Source: Candidatus Latescibacterota bacterium (lineage in GTDB: Bacteria; Latescibacterota; UBA2968; UBA8231). Taken from it: 64,000 nt of DNA. The notes beneath the pieces are model-generated. The model saw nothing but the letters and a program-made list of their open reading frames with translations, was not told where the DNA came from and made no database searches. The position numbers and the translations under genes are program-made. Position 1 is the stretch's first letter. Every line of letters starts with the position of its first letter. Location: contig OZ252098.1 of the NCBI GenBank assembly GCA_965248355.1, forward strand, positions 3,776,001 through 3,840,000, written 5' to 3'. Positions 48,352 to 56,651 of this stretch are shown in pieces.

Positions 48352-49736
48352 TGAGGATGTGGATGGACGTGATGCGGGACCTGGAGCACCTGATGGAGGC
48401 TCCGGAGCCGATCTTCGACGCCTGGAAGGCGGGAGGCGTGGACGGACTCGTCATCGGACCGCTGGTGTTCCACGCCGGCAAGCTGGCCATCGGCCATGAT
48501 CGGGGCCGCTCGATCACCCCGCCCCCCGGCACCCCGAGCCCGACCCTGACGTACGATCCCGAACCGGCCGTGTACGAGCGCTTCGGCGTGCCGGCGCCGG
48601 CGCCTCCAGAGGCCATGCCGGAGGCTCGTGCGCGCCTGGCGCGAGTTTTCCGGGCCGCGAAGGAGCGCGATCTCTCGGTGTGGATCTTCCAGGCCCATAC
48701 CGGCGCCGGGTCCGGGGGCGGAGGACACCACCTCCACGACGAGACCGGGATGGCGGCCGCCTGCGCCCGCATCGTCGACACCCTCCAGCACTATCCGGAA
48801 GCCGACGGCGCCATCATGGACGGGCCCGAGTGGGGCTACGAGATCGCTCCCCACCACATGGGCGGCCGCTCGTCGATCTTCACGGATCTGCCCGAGAGCG
48901 CCCAGCCCATGTGCTCGGACCTCGGGTACGACTATGGGGCGCTGGCCGCCGCGCGGGATCGGCTGTACGAACGGCTGCACGACCTCGATCCCCGCCGGGT
49001 GGCTCTCCACGGCCCGGGGGGCTTCCTCGGCGGCTATCACCTGCTGGGCGCCGATCCCGACCTGGCTGCCTGGATGAGCTTTCGCAGCGACGCCCTCACC
49101 CGCTACTTCCGGCGCCTCGCCGACGGCGTCCGCCAGGGGGCCTGCCGCCCGGTGAAGATCGGCGTCGGCCCGCGCTCGGCAGCCTTCGCGCCGTTGTGCG
49201 GCTACGATTTCGCCGCCCTGGGCGGCATCGTCGACGTGCTGCTTCCCAAGCACTACTTCTGGCACCGCGGCTTCGACGGCCTCGTGGGCACGGTGGCGCG
49301 CTGGGTGGAGACCCTGTGCCTGTGGAACCCGGGCCTGAGCGAGGGCGACGGGCTGGCCGTCGTCGAGGCCCTCTTCGGTCTCGTGCTCCCCGGCGTCGAT
49401 GGGTTGGGGGCCATGGAGAGCGCCCTCACCCCCGACTTCTACGACCTCGTGGTCACCCAGGAGACGGAGCGCGCCCTGGCCGCCGTCGGCGGGGACGCCC
49501 AACGCCTGTCCCCCTGGGTGGACGCCGGCCGCGCTCCCCACGACGGGGATCCCATGTCGGCCGCCGACCTGCGGCGCCTGCTGGAAGCCGCCGCCGCGGC
49601 CGGGCTCGAGCGGTTCCTCTATCACCACCACGGAACCCTGACCTCGGGCGAGTGGCGGGTGATGAGCGAGTTGTGCGGCGAGCCGTGGGACCCCCTGCGA
49701 AGCGGCTACCTGCCCCCGGACGAGACGGTGCTCTGA
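48351..49736 (+). CDS. Hypothetical protein, possibly a TIM-barrel (glycoside-hydrolase-like) enzyme
   Basis: Start overlaps the upstream stop. GVDGLVIGP, DGAIMDGPEW and VDVLLPKHY give an alternating beta/alpha pattern. Confidence 0.6.
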   Translation: MRMWMDVMRDLEHLMEAPEPIFDAWKAGGVDGLVIGPLVFHAGKLAIGHDRGRSITPPPGTPSPTLTYDPEPAVYERFGVPAPAPPEAMPEARARLARVFRAAKERDLSVWIFQAHTGAGSGGGGHHLHDETGMAAACARIVDTLQHYPEADGAIMDGPEWGYEIAPHHMGGRSSIFTDLPESAQPMCSDLGYDYGALAAARDRLYERLHDLDPRRVALHGPGGFLGGYHLLGADPDLAAWMSFRSDALTRYFRRLADGVRQGACRPVKIGVGPRSAAFAPLCGYDFAALGGIVDVLLPKHYFWHRGFDGLVGTVARWVETLCLWNPGLSEGDGLAVVEALFGLVLPGVDGLGAMESALTPDFYDLVVTQETERALAAVGGDAQRLSPWVDAGRAPHDGDPMSAADLRRLLEAAAAAGLERFLYHHHGTLTSGEWRVMSELCGEPWDPLRSGYLPPDETVL

Positions 49737-49744
49737 AGGGCGGG

Positions 49745-50332
49745 TTACTCCCGCCGCGCCACGGCGACCACGTGCGACCGGCCCTGGGCGGCTTTGCGGT
49801 AGTTGCCGAAGTGCGCGCCGAAGACCCGCTTCACGTAGCTCTTCAGCCCCGCCACGGTGACCACCCACAGGGCTCCGCCGGGGCGCAGGCGGCGCGAGGC
49901 CTCGGCCATCCAGTGGTCGAGCAGCTCGGAGCCGGCCTTGGCGGGCAGGTTGGAGGCGATCAGGTCGAAGCGCTCGTTCTCGCCCACGTGGTGAAAGCCG
50001 TTGGACAGATGGACCCGGGCGTTGCCGCAGCCGTTCGCCGCGATGTTGCGGCGGGCGTAGCCGACGGCGACGAAGTCCTTGTCCACGAGAGCGACCCGGC
50101 CCTCGGGGGCCAGCTTCGACAGGACGCAGCCGATGGGACCCCACCCGCAGCCGAGGTCGAGGCAGGCCGCGTCGGGGGCCACCTCGATGCGGTCGATGAG
50201 CAGGGCCGTGCCGGCGTCGAGGCCGCGGGGGTGGAACAACCCCCACGTGGTCGCGAACCGGAAGCGGTGACCGCGCAGGTCGGCCTCGAAGCGGAGGTCG
50301 TGCCCTTCAGGTGCGAGGTTTGTGGCGGTCAT
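49745..50332 (-). CDS. Class I SAM-dependent methyltransferase (RsmC/MTS-like)
   Basis: GLFHPRGLDAGT, LDLGCGWGPIG and FDLIASNLP. Confidence 0.85.
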   Translation of the reverse strand: MTATNLAPEGHDLRFEADLRGHRFRFATTWGLFHPRGLDAGTALLIDRIEVAPDAACLDLGCGWGPIGCVLSKLAPEGRVALVDKDFVAVGYARRNIAANGCGNARVHLSNGFHHVGENERFDLIASNLPAKAGSELLDHWMAEASRRLRPGGALWVVTVAGLKSYVKRVFGAHFGNYRKAAQGRSHVVAVARRE

Positions 50333-50345
50333 GGGGCTCCGTAAT

Positions 50346-50960
50346 ATGAGCCGCCCGATGCGGATCGAGAACCACCGTCTCGCCGGCGCCAGCCAGGTCC
50401 CCTCTCCGAACCAGGGGGGCCGGTTCTCCCGCGGCGCGCCCGATACCCTGATCCTTCACTTCACGGCCTGCGATGACGCCGACCTGGCGATTCGCGTGCT
50501 CAGCGACCCCACCCCCGGCCGCCGCGTCTCGGCCCATCTGGTGGTGAGCCGCGACGGCGATGTGACGCAGTTGCTGCCCTTCGACACCATCGGCTGGCAC
50601 GCCGGCCGGTCGGCCTGGGGCGGGCGCGAGGGGTTCAACCGCATGAGCCTCGGCGTCGAGATCGACAACCCCGGCCGGCTGGAGGAACGCGGGGAAGGAG
50701 TCCTGGTCAGCAGGCTTGGCCGGGTCTACGGCCCGGAGGACGCCGTGCTCGCCGTGCACCGCAACGAGTCGGAGCCGGCCTGGTGGCTGCGCTACCCCCG
50801 CGAGCAACTCGAGGCGGTGGAGGCCCTGTGTGACCTGCTGGTCGCCGAGTATGGACTGCGCTGGATCCTGGGTCACGAGGAGATCGCGCCCGGGCGCAAG
50901 GACGACCCTGGACCCGCCTTCCCCCTCGACGAGCTGCGCTCCCGGATCCTGGGGGCCTAG
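50346..50960 (+). CDS. N-acetylmuramoyl-L-alanine amidase (AmpD/Amidase_2)
   Basis: LILHFTA, VSAHLVV, WHAGRS, SLGVEIDN and GHEEIAPGRKDDPGPAF. Start at 50346 or 50358. Confidence 0.9.
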   Translation: MSRPMRIENHRLAGASQVPSPNQGGRFSRGAPDTLILHFTACDDADLAIRVLSDPTPGRRVSAHLVVSRDGDVTQLLPFDTIGWHAGRSAWGGREGFNRMSLGVEIDNPGRLEERGEGVLVSRLGRVYGPEDAVLAVHRNESEPAWWLRYPREQLEAVEALCDLLVAEYGLRWILGHEEIAPGRKDDPGPAFPLDELRSRILGA

Positions 50961-52191
50961 TGGTTCATCCAGGTAACAATGCTGGATAGAGGCGGTGCAG
51001 CTTGATGCGCGCCTTCTCGGTGGTGAATCGCCATTTGACCGGGGCCTGGCTGTTCTCGCGTTGCGACAGCCAAGCCTGGACCTGTTGGCTCAGTTGCTGA
51101 ATCGTTGCGATGCGTCGGTCCAGACACTGCCGGGACAGCATCTTCAACCCGATTTCGGCCATGTTGAGCCAACTGCCCCGTTTCGGGGTGAAATGAATGT
51201 CGATCTTGTCGGCGATGCGTTTGGCCTCGGCCGGCGCAAAGACATCGTACAACGCCGCCTTCTGGTGCGAACTCAGGTTGTCCATGACCAAGGTCAGGCG
51301 CTCGGCCTCCGGGTAGTAGCGGTCGACCAGGTCTTTCATCACCCGAGCCCAATCTTTCTTGGTGCGCTGCTGCGTGACCTGGACGTGGCAGCGGCCGGTG
51401 AGCGGTTCCAGCATCATGAAGACGTTGGCCACGCCCTGGCGGACATAATGATGATCATACCGGGCCGGATGGCCCGGTATCGCCGGCCGAGGGGCCTGCA
51501 CCTCGCCCACCAGTTGTTTGCTGGTCTCGTCCAGGCAGACCGTGGGATGTTGGGGATCGTAGGGCCGGGTATAGACATCCAGCACATCCTCCATGGCACA
51601 GACGAAGGCGGCATTGGGGGCGCCCGGCAGGCACCACATTTCCTGCCGCCAGGGCTTCAAGTCGTTTTTTTTAGTGTCTTTCGGACGGTTTCCGGGCTGA
51701 CCCGGTCGACCACTTCCAAGGCCACCAGGCGGTCGGCCAGCAATCGGAGGGTCCAGCCCTTTCTCCCCTCCGGCGGCGGACTGCAGGCCAGCGCGACGAG
51801 ACGAGCCTCGCCTTCCCCGTCGATCTTCTTGGCCCGGCGATTCTTCTGCTCCTTGCGCTGCAGGGCGGCCTCCAGGCCTTCTTCGACGAATCGCCTGCGC
51901 AGACGCTCGACCGTGCTGGGATGGACCTCGAGCGCCTGCCCGATCCGTTCGTCGGTCCAGCCCTCTCCCTGCGGTCCTTGATCCGTCTTCAGGAGAAGGC
52001 GCGCATGCCGCTGCTTGAAAGCCGCCGCTTTCCCCTTGGAGATCAGATCGCGCAACCCGGTGCGCTCCTCGGCTGTGAGAGTGACGATGTATCTCTTCTT
52101 GGGCAACGCCGTACTCCTTTTCCAACAAAGGGGATGGGGAAAAAGGATACGGCTGCCACTCTTGTTCCGCAATTCTAAGTGGATTGACCAC
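50960..52191 (-). mobile_element. IS630-family insertion sequence (1232 bp) with TA target duplication
   Basis: Terminal inverted repeats GTGGTTCATCCA / GTGGTCAATCCA, flanked by TA at 50958-50959 and 52192-52193; encodes a two-frame transposase. Confidence 0.92.
50965..52106 (-). CDS. IS630 transposase, expressed by -1 frameshift (orfA 52106-51657, orfB ~51680-50965)
   Basis: OrfA is an HTH protein (TTG start after AAGGAG). An A8 run at 51665-51672 joins TLKK to NDLKPW. DDE motifs CLDETSKQL, VMDNLSSH and SWLNMAEI. Confidence 0.88.
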
Positions 52192-52973
52192 TAGGCCCAG
52201 GCGCCCAGGGCCATCATGCCGCCGTCGACACAGACGCTCTCGCCGGTCATGAAGGAGGCGCGGTCGCTGGCCAGGAAGAGAACCGCCTCGGCGATCTCCT
52301 CCGGCCGGCCGATGCGGCCCAGGGGGTGGGCGGCGGCCATGTCGGCGCGCATGGCCGTCTGGTCGCCGCCGGCCGCGGCCAGGGCCTCGCCGACGAGGGG
52401 GGTGTCGATGGTGCCCGGGTTGACGGCGAGGACGCGGATCTTGTGCTCGGCGTACTCCAGCGCCAGCTGCCGCGTGAGGGACAGGATGCCTCCCTTGCTG
52501 GCGGCGTACGCGGACACCCCCCTGGCCGACTGCAGCCCCTGCACGCTGGCCGTGTTGATGATGACGCCGCCGCCGCGCTCGATCATGGGCGGAACGCAGA
52601 CCCGCGTCATGAGGAAGCAGGACTTGAGATTCACGTCGAGGATGCGGTCCCACTGGTCCTCGCTCAGCTCGTGGGCGGGCCGGTAGCTCGCCGTGGGCTG
52701 GATGCCGACGTTGTTGCACACCACGTCGATGCCGCCCCACTCCTCCACGGCGATGCGCGCCAGGCCTTCACAGGCCTCGGCACGGGCCACGTCCGCTGCC
52801 TGAAAGCGGATTCCGCCCGCCGGGGTGGCCGCCTCCAGCGCCTCGCCGGCCGCCTCGTCCACGTCGGCGCACAGGACCCGGGCCCCTTCGCGCGCGAAGG
52901 CGGCGCAGATGGCGCGGCCGATCCCCTTGGCTCCCCCCGTGACGATGACGCTGCGGCCCTCGAATGCTGCCAT
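52191..52973 (-). CDS. Short-chain dehydrogenase/reductase
   Basis: TGGAKGIG, NNVG, YAASK, NPGTIDTP and DGG. Confidence 0.92.
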   Translation of the reverse strand: MAAFEGRSVIVTGGAKGIGRAICAAFAREGARVLCADVDEAAGEALEAATPAGGIRFQAADVARAEACEGLARIAVEEWGGIDVVCNNVGIQPTASYRPAHELSEDQWDRILDVNLKSCFLMTRVCVPPMIERGGGVIINTASVQGLQSARGVSAYAASKGGILSLTRQLALEYAEHKIRVLAVNPGTIDTPLVGEALAAAGGDQTAMRADMAAAHPLGRIGRPEEIAEAVLFLASDRASFMTGESVCVDGGMMALGAWA

Positions 52974-53050
52974 GCTCCCTCCTCCTTGTCAGGGTCGCGG
53001 TCGCGATGCACGCCGAAAGGTAGCCGGCCTCCGGGCGGCCCCCAAGGCGC

Positions 53051-53812
53051 CTACTCGTAGAGGTCGTCCGGGTCCGCGGCGGCCAGCTCCACGAGGAAGT
53101 CGGCGATGCGGCCCGTCAACCCCTCGAAGCAGAGCCGTCCCTTCTCCGGCGTCGCCGGGGCCGGATCGCCGACGCCGGTGTCGGCGGTGGCCTCGATCCA
53201 GTCCCGCTGGGTCCAGGCCAGCCCGCGGCGCAGGGCCTCGATCTTGAAGACCCGCTCGTGGCCATCGCCGGCCTCCGACAGGGGCAGCATCCACTCCGGA
53301 GCCAGGTGCTGGATCAGACTCGTCTCCATCTCGCCGGCGTGGTCCCCGGGCTCCTCGAAGAGATCCGCGTCGATCCACCGGTACCAGTCGAGGGTGCACA
53401 GGAACAGCTTGTAGCGCGGCCACAGCTCCCGGACCATCTGCCGGAAATCGTTGGCCCCGTGTCCGTTGAGGATGACCAGCTTGGGGATCCCCTGGTGCTC
53501 GAGGACGTCGCACACGTCGGCCAGGACCGCCAGCTGCGTGGAGGGGCTCATGTTGATGTCGAGCTTGACATCGATCTGGCCCGTGTTGACGCCGAAGGGC
53601 ACCGTGGGCAGCACGACCACCTTCGCGCCTCGCTCCCACGCCCACCGCGCCGACTCGGCGGCGATGTGGTCGCACTGGATCACGTCGGTGGCGTACGGCA
53701 GGTGATAGTTGTGGGCCTCGGTGGCCCCCCAGGGCAGGACGACGACCTCGTAATCGGTCGTCTCCACCACCTTCCAGTTCGTCTCAGCCAGCACGTACGG
53801 CCTGCCGGCCAT
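53051..53812 (-). CDS. Creatininase-family amidohydrolase
   Basis: GATEAHNYHLPYATD, LNGHGAN, DHAGEMETS and GVGDP. ATG at 53812. Confidence 0.9.
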   Translation of the reverse strand: MAGRPYVLAETNWKVVETTDYEVVVLPWGATEAHNYHLPYATDVIQCDHIAAESARWAWERGAKVVVLPTVPFGVNTGQIDVKLDINMSPSTQLAVLADVCDVLEHQGIPKLVILNGHGANDFRQMVRELWPRYKLFLCTLDWYRWIDADLFEEPGDHAGEMETSLIQHLAPEWMLPLSEAGDGHERVFKIEALRRGLAWTQRDWIEATADTGVGDPAPATPEKGRLCFEGLTGRIADFLVELAAADPDDLYE

Positions 53813-53864
53813 GGTCACCTCCTTTCTTGTGCCCCGCCGGGGCGATGTCGAGCTTGTAGTCATC

Positions 53865-55043
53865 ATGAAGTGGGCAACGAGCGCCTCCTTCGAGGCGGAC
53901 CTGGCGGCGGCCTTCACGCAGGTCAAGGACGATCTCACCGCCGCACTCGAGTGGCCCCCGGACCTGCTGCTGCTGTTCCTCACCCCCCACTATCAGGACC
54001 AGATCGAGGGTCTGCCGGCCCTGGTGCAGGATCGGGGGCCGCGGAGCATGCTCGGCTGCACGGCCACGGGCGTGATCGGCGGCGGGCGCGAAGTCGAGGA
54101 CCGCGCCTGTGTGGCGGCCACGGCCGCGGCCCTGCCCGGAACCGTGATGACCTCGTTCCACCTGCAGGCCGGCGATCTCCCCGATGCGGACGCCTCTCCG
54201 GACCGCTGGCACAAGGCCCTCGGCGTCGACCCGGATCCTCCGCCCCATTTCCTCCTTCTCGTCGATCCCACCGGCGCTTCCCCCCTCGACCCGAGGTCGT
54301 TGCTGATGGGCCTGGACTTCGCCTATCCGGTGTCTGCGAAGATCGGCGGGCTCGCCTCCGTCCTCCAGGAGAACCGGATGGTCCTCGACGGCCGGATCGT
54401 CGATGGCGGCTGCGTCGGCGTCGCCCTCCAGGGCGGCCTCGAGGTGGACACCATCGTCGCCCAGGGGTGCCGCGCCATCGGCCCGTGCATGACGGTGACC
54501 GGCTGCAGCGGCTACTTCCTGGAAGGTCTGGACGACCGGCCCGCGGTGGAGCGGCTCATCGAGATCTACCACGAGGCCGGTGCCGCGGACCAGGAGAGGA
54601 TGCAGACCTCCCTTCACCTCGGGGTGGCCGCCACCGGCCTGAAGCAGGAGCTGGGGGCGGGCGACTTCCTGATCCGCAACGTCCTCCAGCTCGACCACGA
54701 GAAGGGCGTGATCGCCGTCGGCGACCGGATCCGCCGGGGTCAGACGGTGCAGTTCCACGTGCGCGACGCGGCGGCGGCCACCCAGGACCTGGACCAGCTC
54801 CTGGCGCGCTACCGCAGCCTGCAGCCGGAGGCCGCCCCTGCCGGTGGTCTGCTGTTCACCTGCACCGGCCGCGGCTACCGCTTCTTCGGACGGCCCGGTC
54901 ACGACAGCGGCCGGCTCGAGGAATCCCTCGGCCAGGTCCCCCTGGGCGGGTTCTTCTGCGGCGGCGAGATCGGTCCGGTCGGCGATACGACCTACCTCCA
55001 CGGGTATACCAGCTCCTTCGCCCTGTTCCGGCCTTCGGCCTAG
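53865..55043 (+). CDS. FIST N/C domain (NosP-like) sensor protein
   Basis: [45 protein letters not shown] and [13 protein letters not shown] at 53865. Confidence 0.88.
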   Translation: MKWATSASFEADLAAAFTQVKDDLTAALEWPPDLLLLFLTPHYQDQIEGLPALVQDRGPRSMLGCTATGVIGGGREVEDRACVAATAAALPGTVMTSFHLQAGDLPDADASPDRWHKALGVDPDPPPHFLLLVDPTGASPLDPRSLLMGLDFAYPVSAKIGGLASVLQENRMVLDGRIVDGGCVGVALQGGLEVDTIVAQGCRAIGPCMTVTGCSGYFLEGLDDRPAVERLIEIYHEAGAADQERMQTSLHLGVAATGLKQELGAGDFLIRNVLQLDHEKGVIAVGDRIRRGQTVQFHVRDAAAATQDLDQLLARYRSLQPEAAPAGGLLFTCTGRGYRFFGRPGHDSGRLEESLGQVPLGGFFCGGEIGPVGDTTYLHGYTSSFALFRPSA

Positions 55044-55660
55044 CCGGGGTCGCTCCTGCGCTCCGGCATGGAGGCCGGCCAGCCGGCCGGGATCTCCTCC
55101 GCCAGGCGCGACCGGTGAAGGACCGAGTATCGGGCCCCGCCGGGGTGCAGGTCGCTGCTCATCAGCACGATCTCGTCGACCCGGAAGGCGAGTTCCGGTA
55201 CGGCGGCCCGGGTCCAGCCCTCGCCGGGCGCGGGGTCGGTCCCGGCGCGCACCCGGCCCAGGGTGAGATGGGGGCTAAAGGGCCGCCGCTGGCGGTCCCA
55301 GCCCAGCTCGCCCACCCGTTTCTCGATCCGTCTCTGCAGCGAGTGCAGGCTTGTCGCCCCGGATCCTCTCAGGCCGATCCAGAGGACTTGCGGGCGCTGC
55401 TCGTCCGGGAAGGCGCCCAGGGAGCCGAGGGAGAGTTCGCATCCCGGCGTGCCGGCGGTCACCTCGTCCAGGGCGGCGATCAGCGGCCCCACCCGGGACT
55501 CTTCGGTGCCGCCGAGAAACCGGAGGGTGAGATGCAGGTTCTCCGGTGGCACCCAGCGCACGCTCCCCGGGGGCCAGCCCGCCATCAGGCCGGCCGTTAC
55601 CCGGGCCGCCGCGCGGCGCACCTCGGCAGAGGGCTCGACGGCGATGAAGGTGCGGATCAC
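55040..55660 (-). CDS. thpR: RNA 2',3'-cyclic phosphodiesterase (2H family)
   Basis: RTFIAV and two HxT motifs ([19 protein letters not shown]). GTG 55660 overlaps the upstream stop. Confidence 0.92.
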   Translation of the reverse strand: MIRTFIAVEPSAEVRRAAARVTAGLMAGWPPGSVRWVPPENLHLTLRFLGGTEESRVGPLIAALDEVTAGTPGCELSLGSLGAFPDEQRPQVLWIGLRGSGATSLHSLQRRIEKRVGELGWDRQRRPFSPHLTLGRVRAGTDPAPGEGWTRAAVPELAFRVDEIVLMSSDLHPGGARYSVLHRSRLAEEIPAGWPASMPERRSDPG

Positions 55661-56481
55661 GTCCCGCCCCCGGTGGCCGCCTTCCGGCAGGCGTTGAGGT
55701 AGCCGCGGCTCTCGGCGGCGATCGACGCCACCCTCGGCAGCTCGTACTCCCTGGCGCCGATGACCTCCAGGTTGACGGCGATGTCCGCCCGGGCCTCGTG
55801 CAGGACGCGCAGGAGACCGGCCAGATCGATGGCGCCGCGGCCGCAGGCCTGCTCCTCCGGCGCTCCCGGCGAGCCTTCCGTCGCCCTGGCCGCGGCGGGG
55901 CAGTCGCGGATGTGGACGTGGCGCACGCGGGGGATCACGGCCTTCAGCGCCTCCACCACGTCCTCGCCGCCGCCGGCGCGGAAGATGTGGCTGGGGTCCA
56001 CGTCGATGCCGAATCCGGGCGAGTCGATGGCGGCCATGGCCCTCAGCGTCGTCGGCGTGTCGTGGATCGACTGGCCCACGTGGGCCTTCACGCACAGGAC
56101 CAGGCCGTGGGCGTGGGCCTTGTCGGCCATGGCGCCGAGCAGGTCGATCTGCCGGACGAGGTCCTCCTCGCTGCCGGCCTTCCCTCCGGGACCGACGTTG
56201 ACCACCGGGATGCCGAGGTGGGCGGCCGCCTCGTAAGCCTTCTGCAGCCTGGTCTCGTCCAGACGGGCCTCCTCCATGGCGGTCAGCTCGAGGCCGTACT
56301 TCTCGGCCAGGCGCCGGATGAGGCCGGCCTGGGATCGCCAGTCGTCGAGGACGAGGTGCTCGCACATCCCCTGGATCGCGGACAACTCGGCGCCCTCGTA
56401 CCCGGCCAGAGAGATGTGCCGCAGGGCGGTATCGACGTCGTATCCAGCGAACAGAACGGTGTTGGCCCCCAGTGTGATCAT
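55657..56481 (-). CDS. Sugar phosphate isomerase/epimerase (xylose-isomerase-like TIM barrel)
   Basis: GYEGAEL, DVDPSH, HVHIRD, GRGAID and VNLE. Confidence 0.82.
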   Translation of the reverse strand: MITLGANTVLFAGYDVDTALRHISLAGYEGAELSAIQGMCEHLVLDDWRSQAGLIRRLAEKYGLELTAMEEARLDETRLQKAYEAAAHLGIPVVNVGPGGKAGSEEDLVRQIDLLGAMADKAHAHGLVLCVKAHVGQSIHDTPTTLRAMAAIDSPGFGIDVDPSHIFRAGGGEDVVEALKAVIPRVRHVHIRDCPAAARATEGSPGAPEEQACGRGAIDLAGLLRVLHEARADIAVNLEVIGAREYELPRVASIAAESRGYLNACRKAATGGGT

Positions 56482-56651
56482 CGGTCCCGCTTGGAGAGGA
56501 GGTGGCGGTGCGGCGCCTACGGTAAGGTCTTCTCCCGGGATGGGCCACCCCCCTGGAGAAGGAGGGAGGGGAATGGTTGTGCGGGTTCCTCCCCCTCCCG
56601 TAAATTGTCGTGTTTGCCCTCTTCCCTCCTTCCAGCCTCACCCGGAGATCC

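Noticed and set aside
51657..51680. Transposase frameshift read as pseudogenisation
   Set aside because: The break falls on an A8 run at the usual orfA/orfB junction of IS630 elements, consistent with programmed -1 frameshifting or slippage.
53810..53813. Divergent genes apparently sharing a CATG start (creatininase and FIST)
   Set aside because: The FIST protein more plausibly starts at ATG 53865 (MKWATS). The upstream extension is not domain-like and would overlap the creatininase RBS.
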